Notes: generated by a model not told the origin, from the letters alone. Shown: positions 41,672-51,422, numbered from the stretch's first letter. The stretch: 64,000 nt of DNA from Candidatus Marinacidobacterales bacterium (GCA_965219415.1 OZ244742.1:736001-800000); one strand, 5' to 3'. Numbers and translations are program-made.

Positions 41672-43056
41672 GGGTCTACGCGGATTCGTGTGGGTTGAAA
41701 ACTGCATTTCTGGGTAATGGCGGAAGGAAAGCCGCCACGATCTTCAGCTTGAGATATTCCTCGTCGCGATAGCCGTAGGCGCGTCGTTGCAGAACACGGA
41801 TTTTGTTGTTGACCCCTTCAACTAGGCCGAGACTGACTTTGTTCTCCGGATGACAGTAGGAGGCGATACCATCCCAATGGGACTCAATCATACCGGCGAA
41901 CTTCTGGTACGGATGCAGGCGTTGCCATTTGAGGCTGTCTTTCCAACGGGTGAAAAAGGCGCGAGCGCCGCGTTCGGTGCGGTAATCCCAGAGTTGCCCG
42001 AAGGCCTCCTTCAAAATATAGGCGGTGTTCAGGCGCCGGTTGGCCTGGAGCAACTTTTTGAGTGCGCGGCGACCGTCTAGGCTCAGGTTCTCCCGCCGGG
42101 AAAGCAAAGTGTAACGCTGCCCCTTGATGTACGACCGGTCCTTGCCGCTGAGGCGTTTGTACTCACCGCGCCGGACCTCATCGAGGGCCTTTGACAGATG
42201 ACGCATGATATGAAACTTGTCGAAGATGATCCGCGCATTAGGCGCGTTGTGAATCACCGAGTTCCGGAAGGGCTTCCACATATCCATGGCGGCCAGCTTG
42301 ATACGGGCGCTTTTCTTTCCGCCCAGCGCCTTGAAGAACAAATCGATGTCGGTTTCTTTGCGACCCTCACCGCCCACCCAGATGGGACGCGCCCGCTCCA
42401 GGTCGCTGACAATGACGACGATAGTTATGTCCCTTGCGGATGGAGATCTCATCGACACCGATGGCCCGAGGCGCCGGTAGCCCCGCCCGGTCGACCTGCT
42501 CTTGCATGTAGAGCGTATCCAGAGCCTTCACCGTACCGTGGTGCAGACGTTCCATCTCGGCCACCGCCTTGTTCGGCATATCCCGGCACAGCTTGCCCAC
42601 ATGCGTCGCAAAACGCTGGGTGTAGCGCGAGTTGTTCGCCAGCCAGTCTAGGTGTTCTACATGCACACCGCCGCACCCAGAACAGTTGACGCGCCAACGC
42701 TCGTATTCCAGATAGATCCGCCAGCCTGCCAACGACAGGTCGCGGACCCGGCACACTTGCTTGTCATAGCGCCCCCGGCACCGTTGCCCACAGTAAGAGC
42801 ACACAGCTGTTTTTTTCGCCTCTTGAGCTGGATGACGCGGGTGTATCGGTCACCGAATAGACCCTTCAACCCGGCACCAACCACGAAACCTGGCAGCGCA
42901 AACAGCGAGCGGATCGACTGGGAATTTTTCACTCGGTTAGCCTATCCTAAAAATGGACCACTTTTCAGCACCTGATGAAGTACTCGATACCTTTTCCACA
43001 CAATGAGTTACACTGTTTTTCCGTCAGAACTTACCCACACGAATCCGCGTAAACCC
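41672..43056 (-). mobile_element. ISL3-family insertion sequence (1385 bp)
   Basis: 24-bp IRs GGGT(C/T)TACGCGGATTCGTGTGGGT; 8-bp AT-rich target duplication AATATAAT (41664-71 and 43057-64). Confidence 0.95.
41676..42932 (-). pseudogene. ISL3 transposase in three frames (A7 slippage near 42812, extra frameshift near 42420)
   Basis: CSYCG..C.GCG Zn finger, IGVDEIS, MDMWKPF, FDKFH, EGVNNKIR..RRAYG. Confidence 0.88.
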
Positions 43057-43332
43057 AATATAATATTCCACCGGATGGGCCGTCCCCGTGAAGTGAACCG
43101 AACCGTCCGCGTTGACGATAACCGGAGCGTTTCCCCCGAGAGCATCAGCGATGGAGCCGGTTTTCTGATGACGAGCGGAATCCCAGAAAAAGCACCACCC
43201 CCATGACCGCGCGAGTGTGTGCCCATCGAGAATAACCGGTTCGTCGTCGGGCGGATGGTACTCTTCCCGAATTGCTTCGAGCGCATGGCTCCTGGCTTCG
43301 TCCTTTGTTAGAGGCATATTGTCTCCAAAGCC

Positions 43333-43427
43333 CGCTAACAGCGCAGTTCAGCGGCGAGCGGTGCCAACCTGCCCTTCATTTGTCAATCATGCCGGCGCCG
43401 ATCGTCCGCTGCAACGGCGTGTTGGAC
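43333..43427 (-). other. Integron attC site (95 bp)
   Basis: R'' GTCCAAC, L'' TTGCAGCGG, L' CCGCTGAA (extrahelical G), R' GTTAGCG; inner arms CGATCGGCGCCGGC / GTTGGCACCGCTCG. Confidence 0.88.
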
Positions 43428-43439
43428 GGCCACCTAGAG

Positions 43440-43702
43440 TCCGGCTCCCTGCTATTCAGCGCGCTGGTCGCAGCATTGGAACGAGCGGCGGCGACGTGAT
43501 CGTCGGGCTCGATGGCTGGCGCGTCCGGTCGATGGAGCAATACGACGCGATCCGAGCGTTTCGCCGACGGGTTCACGACATGAAGCTGCGTATTTGGCGA
43601 CAAACCCGGTACTTGGATCTCGATGCGGAGCTCTTCAACCGGCATTTGCACGTCCGCGCACGCACCTACGGCACACCCGGTCCCAGCGTGTACTTTCGGT
43701 GA
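43440..43702 (+). pseudogene. PDZ-like C-terminal gene fragment
   Basis: GDVIVGLDGWRVRSMEQY...MKLRIWR; no credible start, begins at the attC edge. Confidence 0.4.
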
Positions 43703-43721
43703 CCTCCTCCCCGAGCCGCTC

Positions 43722-44129
43722 CTAACCGGCACCACAGCCAAACGTGCTCCAGAGCCAGTACATCAGATACGCCAACACCCCCAACCGGATGACGAAGCTC
43801 GCCGTCGAATACTTCAGCTTGACGGCTTCGGTACGAAACTCGAAGGCGAGGTGGCGTTCCACACGAGCCCATGGATTGAAACCAAACTGGTACGTCCGGT
43901 CACCGGTCGCCAGACGCAACACGGACACCGGGATGAGACCCTGCCGGGACTTGAAAAGCACTGCTTCTTTGATGCTCGCGTTCGTGATGACCCAGTCACC
44001 GCACTCGACTCGGTCGGTGAACACTTTGAACCAACCGCGACGCGAGGCGATCCAGTGCAACCCGTAGGCCGGCTCCCCCTCGCCCTGAAATGTCCCTTTC
44101 GTGAATGCTCGGTAGAGCGGTTTGTCCAT
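43722..44129 (-). CDS. Hypothetical protein with C-terminal TM helix (cassette-sized)
   Basis: 135-aa ORF with SD-like GGGGA; same orientation as attC. Confidence 0.6.
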   Translation of the reverse strand: MDKPLYRAFTKGTFQGEGEPAYGLHWIASRRGWFKVFTDRVECGDWVITNASIKEAVLFKSRQGLIPVSVLRLATGDRTYQFGFNPWARVERHLAFEFRTEAVKLKYSTASFVIRLGVLAYLMYWLWSTFGCGAG

Positions 44130-44187
44130 ATCCGGTTCCCCGCAATCTATCGTCGGACCTAGATCGTGTTAGTTGATCTCCGGTGCA

Positions 44188-45222
44188 TCATAGGCATGAG
44201 AGCTCTTCCGCGAGATCGAAGGGTCTTAGAAAGGGCGCGATGCGTTCGCCAAGAAGTAACCGGCGCGCGACATGCCCGACTTGGCCGGCGGCGAGCCGCG
44301 GCTCACTTGCGAGCTGAGGGTAGCCACATAGTGTGTTCCCGATGCGCTTCACGGATCGGCGTGAGCGTTCCGAAATCTGTTCCCACCCGCCCAGCCACTC
44401 CGCCAAGGCCCGCATGAATTCTCGAGGGCTGGCGAAACTCTCTCGGGACGGCGGCGGCCCCTCGATCCGACCGTGGAACAGAAGCAGGTCCGGTGCGTGC
44501 GCGAACGGCTCGATGCTGAGGAGTCCTCGCTCGTCGGCCGCATACACGAGGTTCAGCCTGCGCTCGCGAGCGAGTACCCGAAGGTGGTACTTCATTTCCA
44601 GGTTGTCACACTCTTCGACCAGCAGATCCAAACCATCGAGGAACCGCGCAGCGTTATCCACCGAGATCCCCTGCTCGTACACGACGACGTCGAGATAGGG
44701 ATCGATCTTGGCGATTCGCCGAGCCGCCAGGTGCGCTTTGTTCACACCCAGCTCATCGACACCTCCGTTGAGGCGGTTGAGATTCGAGAGATCGAGAGGA
44801 TCGAAGTCAGCCAGAACGATGCTACCGCACAGGTGTTCCTGCGCGACGGTGACGGCGATCTCCGCACCGACCGAAAGCCCCACTACCCCGATACGTTTGG
44901 TTCTCAGTAGCCTTTGCTCTTCGCCGGTGATCTTGTCCTGGTTGCGGCTGGTAACCACGTCAAAGTAGTCGTCGCGCCCAAGAACGTGCACGATGCACGA
45001 GTCCCAGGGGAAATAGACCCACGTGCCGTAGTGCGCCGACTCGCCGTGCGCTGCGAGCAGGTTTCTTACGAAGCGTTCGCGCTCCACCTCGGCTTCTGCG
45101 GCGGGCCACCTGACAAGCGCAAGTTCGGCCAGCTGCCGATCGATCGAATCGATCAACTGAATCCCGTGAGCAAGACAAAGGGACTCGAGCTTAAGGAGCT
45201 CGGCGGGAGCGAGCCGGATCAT
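44188..45222 (-). CDS. ThiF/MoeB-like adenylyltransferase of the Rv1355c (MoeY)-like type, no nitroreductase domain
   Basis: WVYFPW...VH, TSRNQDKITGEEQ, IGVVGLSVG, LADFD.LDLSNLNR, EECD, PQLASE; probable start ATG 45222. Confidence 0.78.
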   Translation of the reverse strand: MIRLAPAELLKLESLCLAHGIQLIDSIDRQLAELALVRWPAAEAEVERERFVRNLLAAHGESAHYGTWVYFPWDSCIVHVLGRDDYFDVVTSRNQDKITGEEQRLLRTKRIGVVGLSVGAEIAVTVAQEHLCGSIVLADFDPLDLSNLNRLNGGVDELGVNKAHLAARRIAKIDPYLDVVVYEQGISVDNAARFLDGLDLLVEECDNLEMKYHLRVLARERRLNLVYAADERGLLSIEPFAHAPDLLLFHGRIEGPPPSRESFASPREFMRALAEWLGGWEQISERSRRSVKRIGNTLCGYPQLASEPRLAAGQVGHVARRLLLGERIAPFLRPFDLAEELSCL

Positions 45223-45323
45223 CCAAGGCCGCCATCCGGGTTGCCTGGCGCCGCCGTCGAGTTGGAGCGCGAATCGTTCGAGAGTCAGGGAAACCTGTAA
45301 TCCGTCTCCTTGTTTGGAGGTTG

Positions 45324-46259
45324 TCACAGCTCGAGCTCCCAAAACTGCCCGACCAGGTCGTGGCCGAAGCTCTCATGGGATTCCTCTCTGACCAACCGAT
45401 AGCCCTCGAGCTCGTATATTCGGCGGGCGGCATGGAGCACATCGTTCGTCCAAAGCATTATCTTCGAGTACCCGGCCTGTTTGGCGAAGCGCGTGCATTC
45501 ACGAACGAGCCGCTTCCCTATCCCGAGGCCACGCGCCGTCGGCTCCACGATCAGCAGGCGAAGCTGTGCCACCGACTTGGATTTTCGAACCAAGAAGACC
45601 GATCCAACGTTTTCGCCGTCTTTCTCGGCAATCCAGCATCGCTCCCTCTTCGGGTCGAAATCCTTAATGAACTTAGCAACGATCTCGGCCACCAGAGCTT
45701 CGAACCCCTGGTCCCATTGGTACTCGAGGTTGTAGAGAATTCCGTGGCGCTGCACGACCCACCCCATGTCGCCCGGCTGATGGGGGCGGAGAATGTAGGG
45801 GACCTTGTGCTCGGGTTCGGCGCCAAGAAGCCTGTGGATGGTGATCATGGCCTGAACCAACCCATGTTGATTTGGCTCGGACATCGCGCCGAGCATCTGT
45901 TCGACCTCGTTTCGGGAGGCGGCGTTCAGTTTCGCGAACTCCTTCTGGCCACGCGGCGTCAACGAGAGCAACGTAACGCGCCCATCGTCGGCGGATGGGT
46001 TCTTCGCGACGATGCGTTCCTCTCCCAAATTTCGAAGCAAACGGCTGACGTAGCCGAGGTCGAGGCCGAGCTCATCGGCAAGCTGTGTTGCCGAAGTCTG
46101 TTCGTGAAGGGCTAGTTCGTAGATCAAGCGGGCCGAGGTGAGAGGGAAACGGCTTTCGAGTAGCCCCTCATGGAGGACACCAATGCGGCGCGTGTAGAAC
46201 CGCCCGAAGCGGCGAACGGCTTCTATTCGTTGAAGCATGCCGTCTGTTGTGGTCGCCAT
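45324..46259 (-). CDS. MarR HTH-GNAT acetyltransferase fusion regulator
   Basis: VRRFGRFYT, LDLGYVSR, PGDMGWVVQRHG, AQLRLLIVEP.ARGLGIG, LWTNDVL. Confidence 0.9.
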   Translation of the reverse strand: MATTTDGMLQRIEAVRRFGRFYTRRIGVLHEGLLESRFPLTSARLIYELALHEQTSATQLADELGLDLGYVSRLLRNLGEERIVAKNPSADDGRVTLLSLTPRGQKEFAKLNAASRNEVEQMLGAMSEPNQHGLVQAMITIHRLLGAEPEHKVPYILRPHQPGDMGWVVQRHGILYNLEYQWDQGFEALVAEIVAKFIKDFDPKRERCWIAEKDGENVGSVFLVRKSKSVAQLRLLIVEPTARGLGIGKRLVRECTRFAKQAGYSKIMLWTNDVLHAARRIYELEGYRLVREESHESFGHDLVGQFWELEL

Positions 46260-46276
46260 CCTGGGCCTTCGTCGAG

Positions 46277-46314
46277 ATACTTGCCAATATTCAATATATG
46301 CTTGCTTTTGTCAA
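46277..46314 (-). promoter_or_regulatory. Promoter/operator of the MarR-GNAT gene
   Basis: TTGACA on the minus strand followed by an AT-rich imperfect palindrome (plus strand ATACTTG...CAATATAT). Confidence 0.45.
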
Positions 46315-46358
46315 GCACCTTAGGCCACCGCAACGGCAGGGCCGCAACGGCTTCATCA

Positions 46359-46987
46359 TCACGGGTTTTCCAAAATGAACCGTACGGTAACCGTCATAAT
46401 GATGGGAACTGGCATGCCGTTCAGCAGTGTCGGCTCATAGCGCCACTGCTTGACCGCGTTCAACGCGGCGTCGTCGAGCAAGGGAACGGATCGCAGCACT
46501 CCCAACTCGCTAACGAAGCCGCTGGGGTCGATGACGGCTTCCAGGATGACGATGCCTTCGAGGCGGACTCTCTTGGCTAGCTCGGGATAGATCGGTTCGA
46601 CGTATTTGATTCTCCTCGGCGGTTTGACGTCGCCGCCCGGCTTCACCGGCTGGGCGGGCTCTTGTCTTGCCGGTGGTAGGCCAAACACGATCTCATCGCC
46701 AAGACCGAAGGGAATGCCACCCTCGACGCCCAGTCCGATTTGTTCGCTTCCGATCGCGGTGCCGACTCCCGAGATGCCGGAGGCGGTGCCGGCTTTACGG
46801 AGAGTATGAACCTGGGCGGAGGCCGATGAGGCTCGGGAAGCGCGGGCGTACCGAGCAAGGGCAGAACAATGAGCAACGCGCCGGCAACGGTTTGAAGTAA
46901 GCCTGCGGTCAACAGGCTGGCGAGGGACGCTCCGCGGGAGCGATTGCGGCGAGGGGGCTCCGCTGACAGACAAAATGGCACGGCCAT
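46359..46987 (-). pseudogene. tonB: Energy transducer TonB, frameshifted
   Basis: TM plus Pro-rich part in one frame; GVEGG, KPPRRIKYVEPIYP..A..GIVILEAVI..LDDAALNAVKQWRYEP in another. Confidence 0.8.
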
Positions 46988-47321
46988 GGACTCTCCTGTA
47001 CCTCTCCGAAGGAGTTACGGTTTCGGGCGAGTGTTGGCTCGCCCGAAATCAAGAGGCCGCGGCCAGTTTGGCGGTGAACGGATCCTTCAACTCCGCTCTA
47101 TTCAATGGACACCGCAGGAGCGCAGAAGTTCCCGGGATAGAAAACGGCAGGTCCTCGGGCAGGCTGCTCAGCTAAATTGGCCTAGGAACTCTTCGGCCTA
47201 ACGCTTGAAAACCATCTGAAGGGCTCTTCGCCGAAACGACCGTCGGTATTTCGTACAGTCGTGCGTTCTGGCCCAACTTGTTTCCGAATGTGTCGCTTGT
47301 GCGGCGACCGGGCTTTGGTGG

Positions 47322-47416
47322 CGTCGGGATCTCTTACACCAGGGTTCCGAGGCTCTCTTGTGAAGTCATTCGAAATCCATCAGTTAGAGAAGCGCTCTCA
47401 GTGGCACGCGGCTTGC
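47322..47416 (+). promoter_or_regulatory. sigma54 promoter with candidate IHF and enhancer sites
   Basis: TGGCAC-N5-TTGC at 47402-16; IHF-like AATCCATCAGTTA at 47374-86; CGT-N11-ACA at 47323-39. Confidence 0.65.
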
Positions 47417-47454
47417 GTTAGAATCGAAGAGGTTTGCGCACGAAAGGTCTCCTT

Positions 47455-48216
47455 ATGCAGCTAGTCAGGAACTGGAAAAGCGCCACTAGAACGGGACTCA
47501 TCATTGCTCTCGTTATCTTCGCTCCCGCGATGTCGCCGGGCGCCGTGCTTTATGACGCATCCCTAGACACAGCTCCATCCTCACAAGGCTGGGCGCTCGG
47601 ATTCTTTCCTTCGCCCCCGAGCGAATCCGTGGCGGGCGGCGTTCTGAGCTTCGAAAGCACTTTGCTTGGCTCTGCCGGCTACGTGAAGCTCCCTGCCGCC
47701 GTGCTGGACGCGGATGCCGGCTATCGACTCGCTTTCGAGCTCCGCGTCACCTCGGAGTTGCAGAACGCTTCCGCGAATCGCGCGCCGTTCAGCCTTACCG
47801 CGGTTTCCGCCAACACGGATCAAGCGATCGAGCTGGGATTCAAAACCGGTGAGATCTTCTCCCAGGATGATGTTCCGAATCTGTTCGAGCGCGGCGAAAT
47901 GGCCGTTTTCGACACGATGTTCGATTTCGTCTTTTACGAGCTCTTAGTTCAGGGCACAGCATACGAGCTGCTCGCGAACGGCTCGTCGCTTCTCTCGGGA
48001 ACGCTACGCAACTACACCGCCTTCATGGGCATCCTCGATCCGTACGAAACCCCGAACTTCCTGTTCTTCGGCGACAACACCAGCTCCTCGGGAGGCTCGT
48101 GGGAGCTCAAGACGGTCGATCTGACGGGATTGCCGTCGTCCGTAGTGTCCGAGCCCAGCTCGCTCTCACTCGTTTTGCTTGCGGGACTCGTCGCCGTAAT
48201 CCGACGGCGGATCTAA
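47455..48216 (+). CDS. Exported protein with PEP-CTERM-like sorting signal
   Basis: Signal peptide, PNFLFFGDNTSS motif, C-terminal VSEPSS + hydrophobic helix + RRRI. Confidence 0.8.
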   Translation: MQLVRNWKSATRTGLIIALVIFAPAMSPGAVLYDASLDTAPSSQGWALGFFPSPPSESVAGGVLSFESTLLGSAGYVKLPAAVLDADAGYRLAFELRVTSELQNASANRAPFSLTAVSANTDQAIELGFKTGEIFSQDDVPNLFERGEMAVFDTMFDFVFYELLVQGTAYELLANGSSLLSGTLRNYTAFMGILDPYETPNFLFFGDNTSSSGGSWELKTVDLTGLPSSVVSEPSSLSLVLLAGLVAVIRRRI

Positions 48217-48217
48217 A

Positions 48218-48310
48218 CCTCGGGCGCTGTCATGAACAGCGGGGACATCCGGGGTGCTGGGACACCGACAGGGACGCTCGCTTGCGATTTTCATGAACGC
48301 AGCCCCGAGG
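48218..48310. repeat. Imperfect inverted repeat between convergent genes (MITE/REP-like)
   Basis: CCTCGGGcGCTGTCATGAA ... TTCATGAAcGCAGCcCCGAGG. Confidence 0.4.
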
Positions 48311-48370
48311 CGCGGCTTCAAATAAACGCAGAGAGCACCCCGCGTCTGAGGCGGGTTCGAGCGGCCGCTT

Positions 48371-50260
48371 TCAGGCCGAGCCGTCGAGGAACTCTTCGGC
48401 CCAGCGCTCGAAAACCATGAGGGGAAATAATTGATGAGCGTGGTTGGCTTTGCCCGCCAGGTGCTCCGAGATACGGCGCTCGATGGCCGGCCATCGGAAG
48501 AGACCTCGGCGACGAACCCTTTCTTCGGAAAGTAGCTCCTGCATCAGAGGGCGGAGCTCTCGTCGCAGCCAGTTCTTCACCGGGATGCTGAAGCCCTCCT
48601 TGCGGCGGCGAAGAATGGATTCGGGCAAGATACTCGTCATGGCCTCCTTGAGAATGTGTTTTCGGGTATTGCCACGAAGCTTCATGCTGCCAGGCATCCG
48701 AAAGGCCAGCTCGATAACCTCCCGATCCAAGAAGGGCGCTCGTGCCTCGAGCGAGGTGGCCATGCTCATGCGATCTACTTTCACAAGTATGTCGTCGGCC
48801 AGAAAGATTTTGAAGTCGGCGTAGAGCTGCCGATTGAGCAAGTCCTCGCGAGGTGACCCGAGGTTGCGAAGAACGGGAGCCGCCGGGTCGAATGAGGCCA
48901 AGCCGCTTAGAAATTCATCGTTATACAATTCGCGCTTCTCATCGGCACCGAGGTGCGTCATCCAGCGATAGTGCTCGAGGCTCGAGGGCAATGTCGCGCC
49001 GGCAAGAAAACGTTTAGCCTTGTTGATGAGGCCCTTCTTCTTCTCGGTCGGGGGGAGAAGCTCGCTCACCGCCGCCAAGGCTCGAAGAGCAGACTGGCCA
49101 GGGAACCGCGCCAGCGTCCGGGCGATACGATCGGCTTGATACCAATCATAACCGGCGAAGAGCTCATCGCCGCCGTCTCCGGAAAGCACGACTTTTACTT
49201 CTTGGGCAGCCACTTCGCTGACCAAGAACGTCGGAAAGAGCGATACGTCGGCGAAGGGCTCGTCGAGATGCACCACGAGCTTATCGAAGAGATCCTCCAC
49301 TCGCGGTTCGATCCGCTCTTCACGATGCTCGGTCTTGAAGAGTTTCGCAATCTCCCGCGAATATCTCGTCTCGTCGTAACTCCCTTCGGCGAAACCTATC
49401 GAGAACGTCTTGACCGGCCGCTCGGAAACCTTTGCCATGAACGCCACGACGGCGCTGCTATCGATTCCGCCGGACAAGAACGCACCGAGCGGCACGTCGC
49501 TCATCATTTGGGATTCAACTGCCCGCCCGAACGTTGTCCGGAGCTCTTCCACCCATTCGGCCTCGGTCTGGTCATTCCTCGTCGCGGTAGGCGCATCCCA
49601 GTACGGTTCGGTGGAGACCCTTCCCCGCTCAACCGTCAGTAGGTGGGCGGGGGGAAGCTTTTTGATTCCACGGAAAATCGTGTGAGGAGCGACGATGAAT
49701 TCGTAGGTAAGAAACGTATCCAACCCCTCGAGATCCAACTGCCGCGGAATGTCGGTCCGGGTGAGGATCGCCTTGATCTCGGACGCAAAAACGATGTCAT
49801 CGATACCTTCGAAATAATAGAGTGGTTTTTCGCCAGCGCGATCTCGTGCGGCCAAGAGTCGTTGCCGGGGGCCGTCCCAAAGGGCGAAGGCGAACTGGCC
49901 GTTGAGGCGGTTAACGACTTTGTCACCCCACACCTCGTAACCGTGAACGATCACCTCCATGTCGGAGCCGGTGGCGAAGCGATGACCTAGGGCGATGAGC
50001 TCTTCGCGAAGCGAACGGTGGTTATAAATCTCGCCGTTGCCGACGAAGGCAACCGACCCGTCCTCGTTGTTGAGGGGCTGACGTCCGCCTGCGACGTCGA
50101 TGATGGACAGTCGCTTCAGCCCGAGGCCCGCACCGGGGAGCGTCACAACGCCTACGTCGTCCGGTCCGCGGTGGTGAAGCCGCTCGACCATGCGGTCGAT
50201 CTCCTGGCGATCGGGAAGTTTGGCCGGGTCGCGTGGGATGACCCCGGCGATGCCGCACAT
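48371..50260 (-). CDS. asnB: AsnB-type glutamine amidotransferase (likely glycan amidation)
   Basis: MCGIAG, HRGPD, NGEIYN, LSGGIDSS, SGDGGDELFAGY, KVDRMSMA.SLEAR.PF. Confidence 0.92.
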   Translation of the reverse strand: MCGIAGVIPRDPAKLPDRQEIDRMVERLHHRGPDDVGVVTLPGAGLGLKRLSIIDVAGGRQPLNNEDGSVAFVGNGEIYNHRSLREELIALGHRFATGSDMEVIVHGYEVWGDKVVNRLNGQFAFALWDGPRQRLLAARDRAGEKPLYYFEGIDDIVFASEIKAILTRTDIPRQLDLEGLDTFLTYEFIVAPHTIFRGIKKLPPAHLLTVERGRVSTEPYWDAPTATRNDQTEAEWVEELRTTFGRAVESQMMSDVPLGAFLSGGIDSSAVVAFMAKVSERPVKTFSIGFAEGSYDETRYSREIAKLFKTEHREERIEPRVEDLFDKLVVHLDEPFADVSLFPTFLVSEVAAQEVKVVLSGDGGDELFAGYDWYQADRIARTLARFPGQSALRALAAVSELLPPTEKKKGLINKAKRFLAGATLPSSLEHYRWMTHLGADEKRELYNDEFLSGLASFDPAAPVLRNLGSPREDLLNRQLYADFKIFLADDILVKVDRMSMATSLEARAPFLDREVIELAFRMPGSMKLRGNTRKHILKEAMTSILPESILRRRKEGFSIPVKNWLRRELRPLMQELLSEERVRRRGLFRWPAIERRISEHLAGKANHAHQLFPLMVFERWAEEFLDGSA

Positions 50261-50264
50261 TTAG

Positions 50265-51419
50265 CTACGGAGAAGCGGTGGCGCGCTTGGCGATACGGGA
50301 GGCGATCTTCTCTCCCCCCAACTCGACCAGGAATTTGAGGTAGGGGAAGACTTGCTTCATCGCCGCCGCGTTCACGAAACACGGGCTAGCGCAAGACGGG
50401 CAGATCTTGTCGATGACCATTCGCCTCTGAGCAAGGTTTTTGGCATCGTAGTAGGACTCGGTCGGATCCTCGGTGCGCACGTTACCGATCTTTGAGCTGT
50501 TCTCACAATAGTGAAGGTCCCCGTTCGGATTAAGAAGAACGCCCTGATCCATGGACGGGCAGGGCATCGCGCGGCGCATGCCGTTGCTGAACATCTTGGA
50601 GTAGGCCTGGTAGAGCAGCGCGTCTCCATCGAGCGGCCCCGACTCTCGAACCCGGTCCCGGAAGAACTCGGTCAGCCGCGGGAAGTCCCCCGGCTTGAGC
50701 TCGGTGGACTCCACGAGATCCATGTTGCCGAAGGCCAGCTCCGAGTAGCGAGCGATCGAGAAAACAACGTCCAAGTCTTCCGTCTTACAAAAGTCGTAGA
50801 TCTTTTCTCCTTCATCCATGTTCTGTGAAGTGAACGTGAAGGAGATGCCGAAATTGAAAAACTTCTTCTTCTGGAGCTCTTGCATCGCCCGGACCGTTTT
50901 CATCGAGCGATCGAACGCGTTCCAAACCCGGCGAATGTTCTCGTGGGAATCGCCCACACCATCGAGGCTAACCCGGGTGCCGAACAAGAAGTCGCGTTCG
51001 TTGGCGACGTCGATGATTCCCTCGAGAACGGGGACGACTCTCTCGGTGACGAAGCCATTGGTATTGAGGGTCATCTTCCGGAGCCGCGGCATGTTGTCGC
51101 TCATGATGCGAACCAAATCCACCATGTCTCGGCGAAGTGTCGGTTCGCCCCCGGTGATCCCTACGTACTCGATGGAACGAAAGAGATCGCTGGAGAATGC
51201 CTTGCGGTAGTCATCGGTGGTCAGGTCGTCGTGATACGGCAGCTTCCAAGAGTTACACATCACACACTTGGAGTCGCACTTGTAGGAAACGTTTAGGATC
51301 AAGACCACCGGAGGGATCGGCTTGAGACGTCCCACCACTTGCGTCTTCACGAAGTCCAAGGGCACCGAGGGTGCACTTCGCCTCAGAAGCTTGCCTACGT
51401 AGTCGTTTGTTCCAAACAT
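50265..51419 (-). CDS. Radical SAM protein with SPASM/twitch domain
   Basis: CDSKCVMC, TGGEP, NTNG, SLDG; C-terminal CPS...C...CPSCASPC. Confidence 0.9.
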   Translation of the reverse strand: MFGTNDYVGKLLRRSAPSVPLDFVKTQVVGRLKPIPPVVLILNVSYKCDSKCVMCNSWKLPYHDDLTTDDYRKAFSSDLFRSIEYVGITGGEPTLRRDMVDLVRIMSDNMPRLRKMTLNTNGFVTERVVPVLEGIIDVANERDFLFGTRVSLDGVGDSHENIRRVWNAFDRSMKTVRAMQELQKKKFFNFGISFTFTSQNMDEGEKIYDFCKTEDLDVVFSIARYSELAFGNMDLVESTELKPGDFPRLTEFFRDRVRESGPLDGDALLYQAYSKMFSNGMRRAMPCPSMDQGVLLNPNGDLHYCENSSKIGNVRTEDPTESYYDAKNLAQRRMVIDKICPSCASPCFVNAAAMKQVFPYLKFLVELGGEKIASRIAKRATASP

Positions 51420-51422
51420 TGA

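Larger units (their letters stand above)
41634..43317 (-). pseudogene. YrhB/Imm35-like immunity protein cassette gene interrupted by ISL3
   Basis: WGWCFFWDS...LGGNAPVIVN.DG; removing the IS restores HPVEYYIDEYERSLRE* ending at 41634; starts 16 bp after attC R'. Confidence 0.75.

Noticed and set aside
44150-44185. Possible attI/attC remnant (AACTAAC) before the 135-aa ORF
   Set aside because: No correctly spaced GTTRRRY.
46975-46992. TGGCAC sigma54-like motif on the + strand
   Set aside because: Lacks TTGC at -12 and overlaps the tonB start.
47221-47240. GGCTCTTCG ISL3-like end
   Set aside because: No partner repeat, target duplication or transposase.
50265-51419. Radical SAM/SPASM plus AsnB-like pair as RiPP or lasso-peptide machinery
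   Set aside because: The AsnB keeps its N-terminal catalytic Cys glutaminase domain, and no precursor, RRE or B protein is present.
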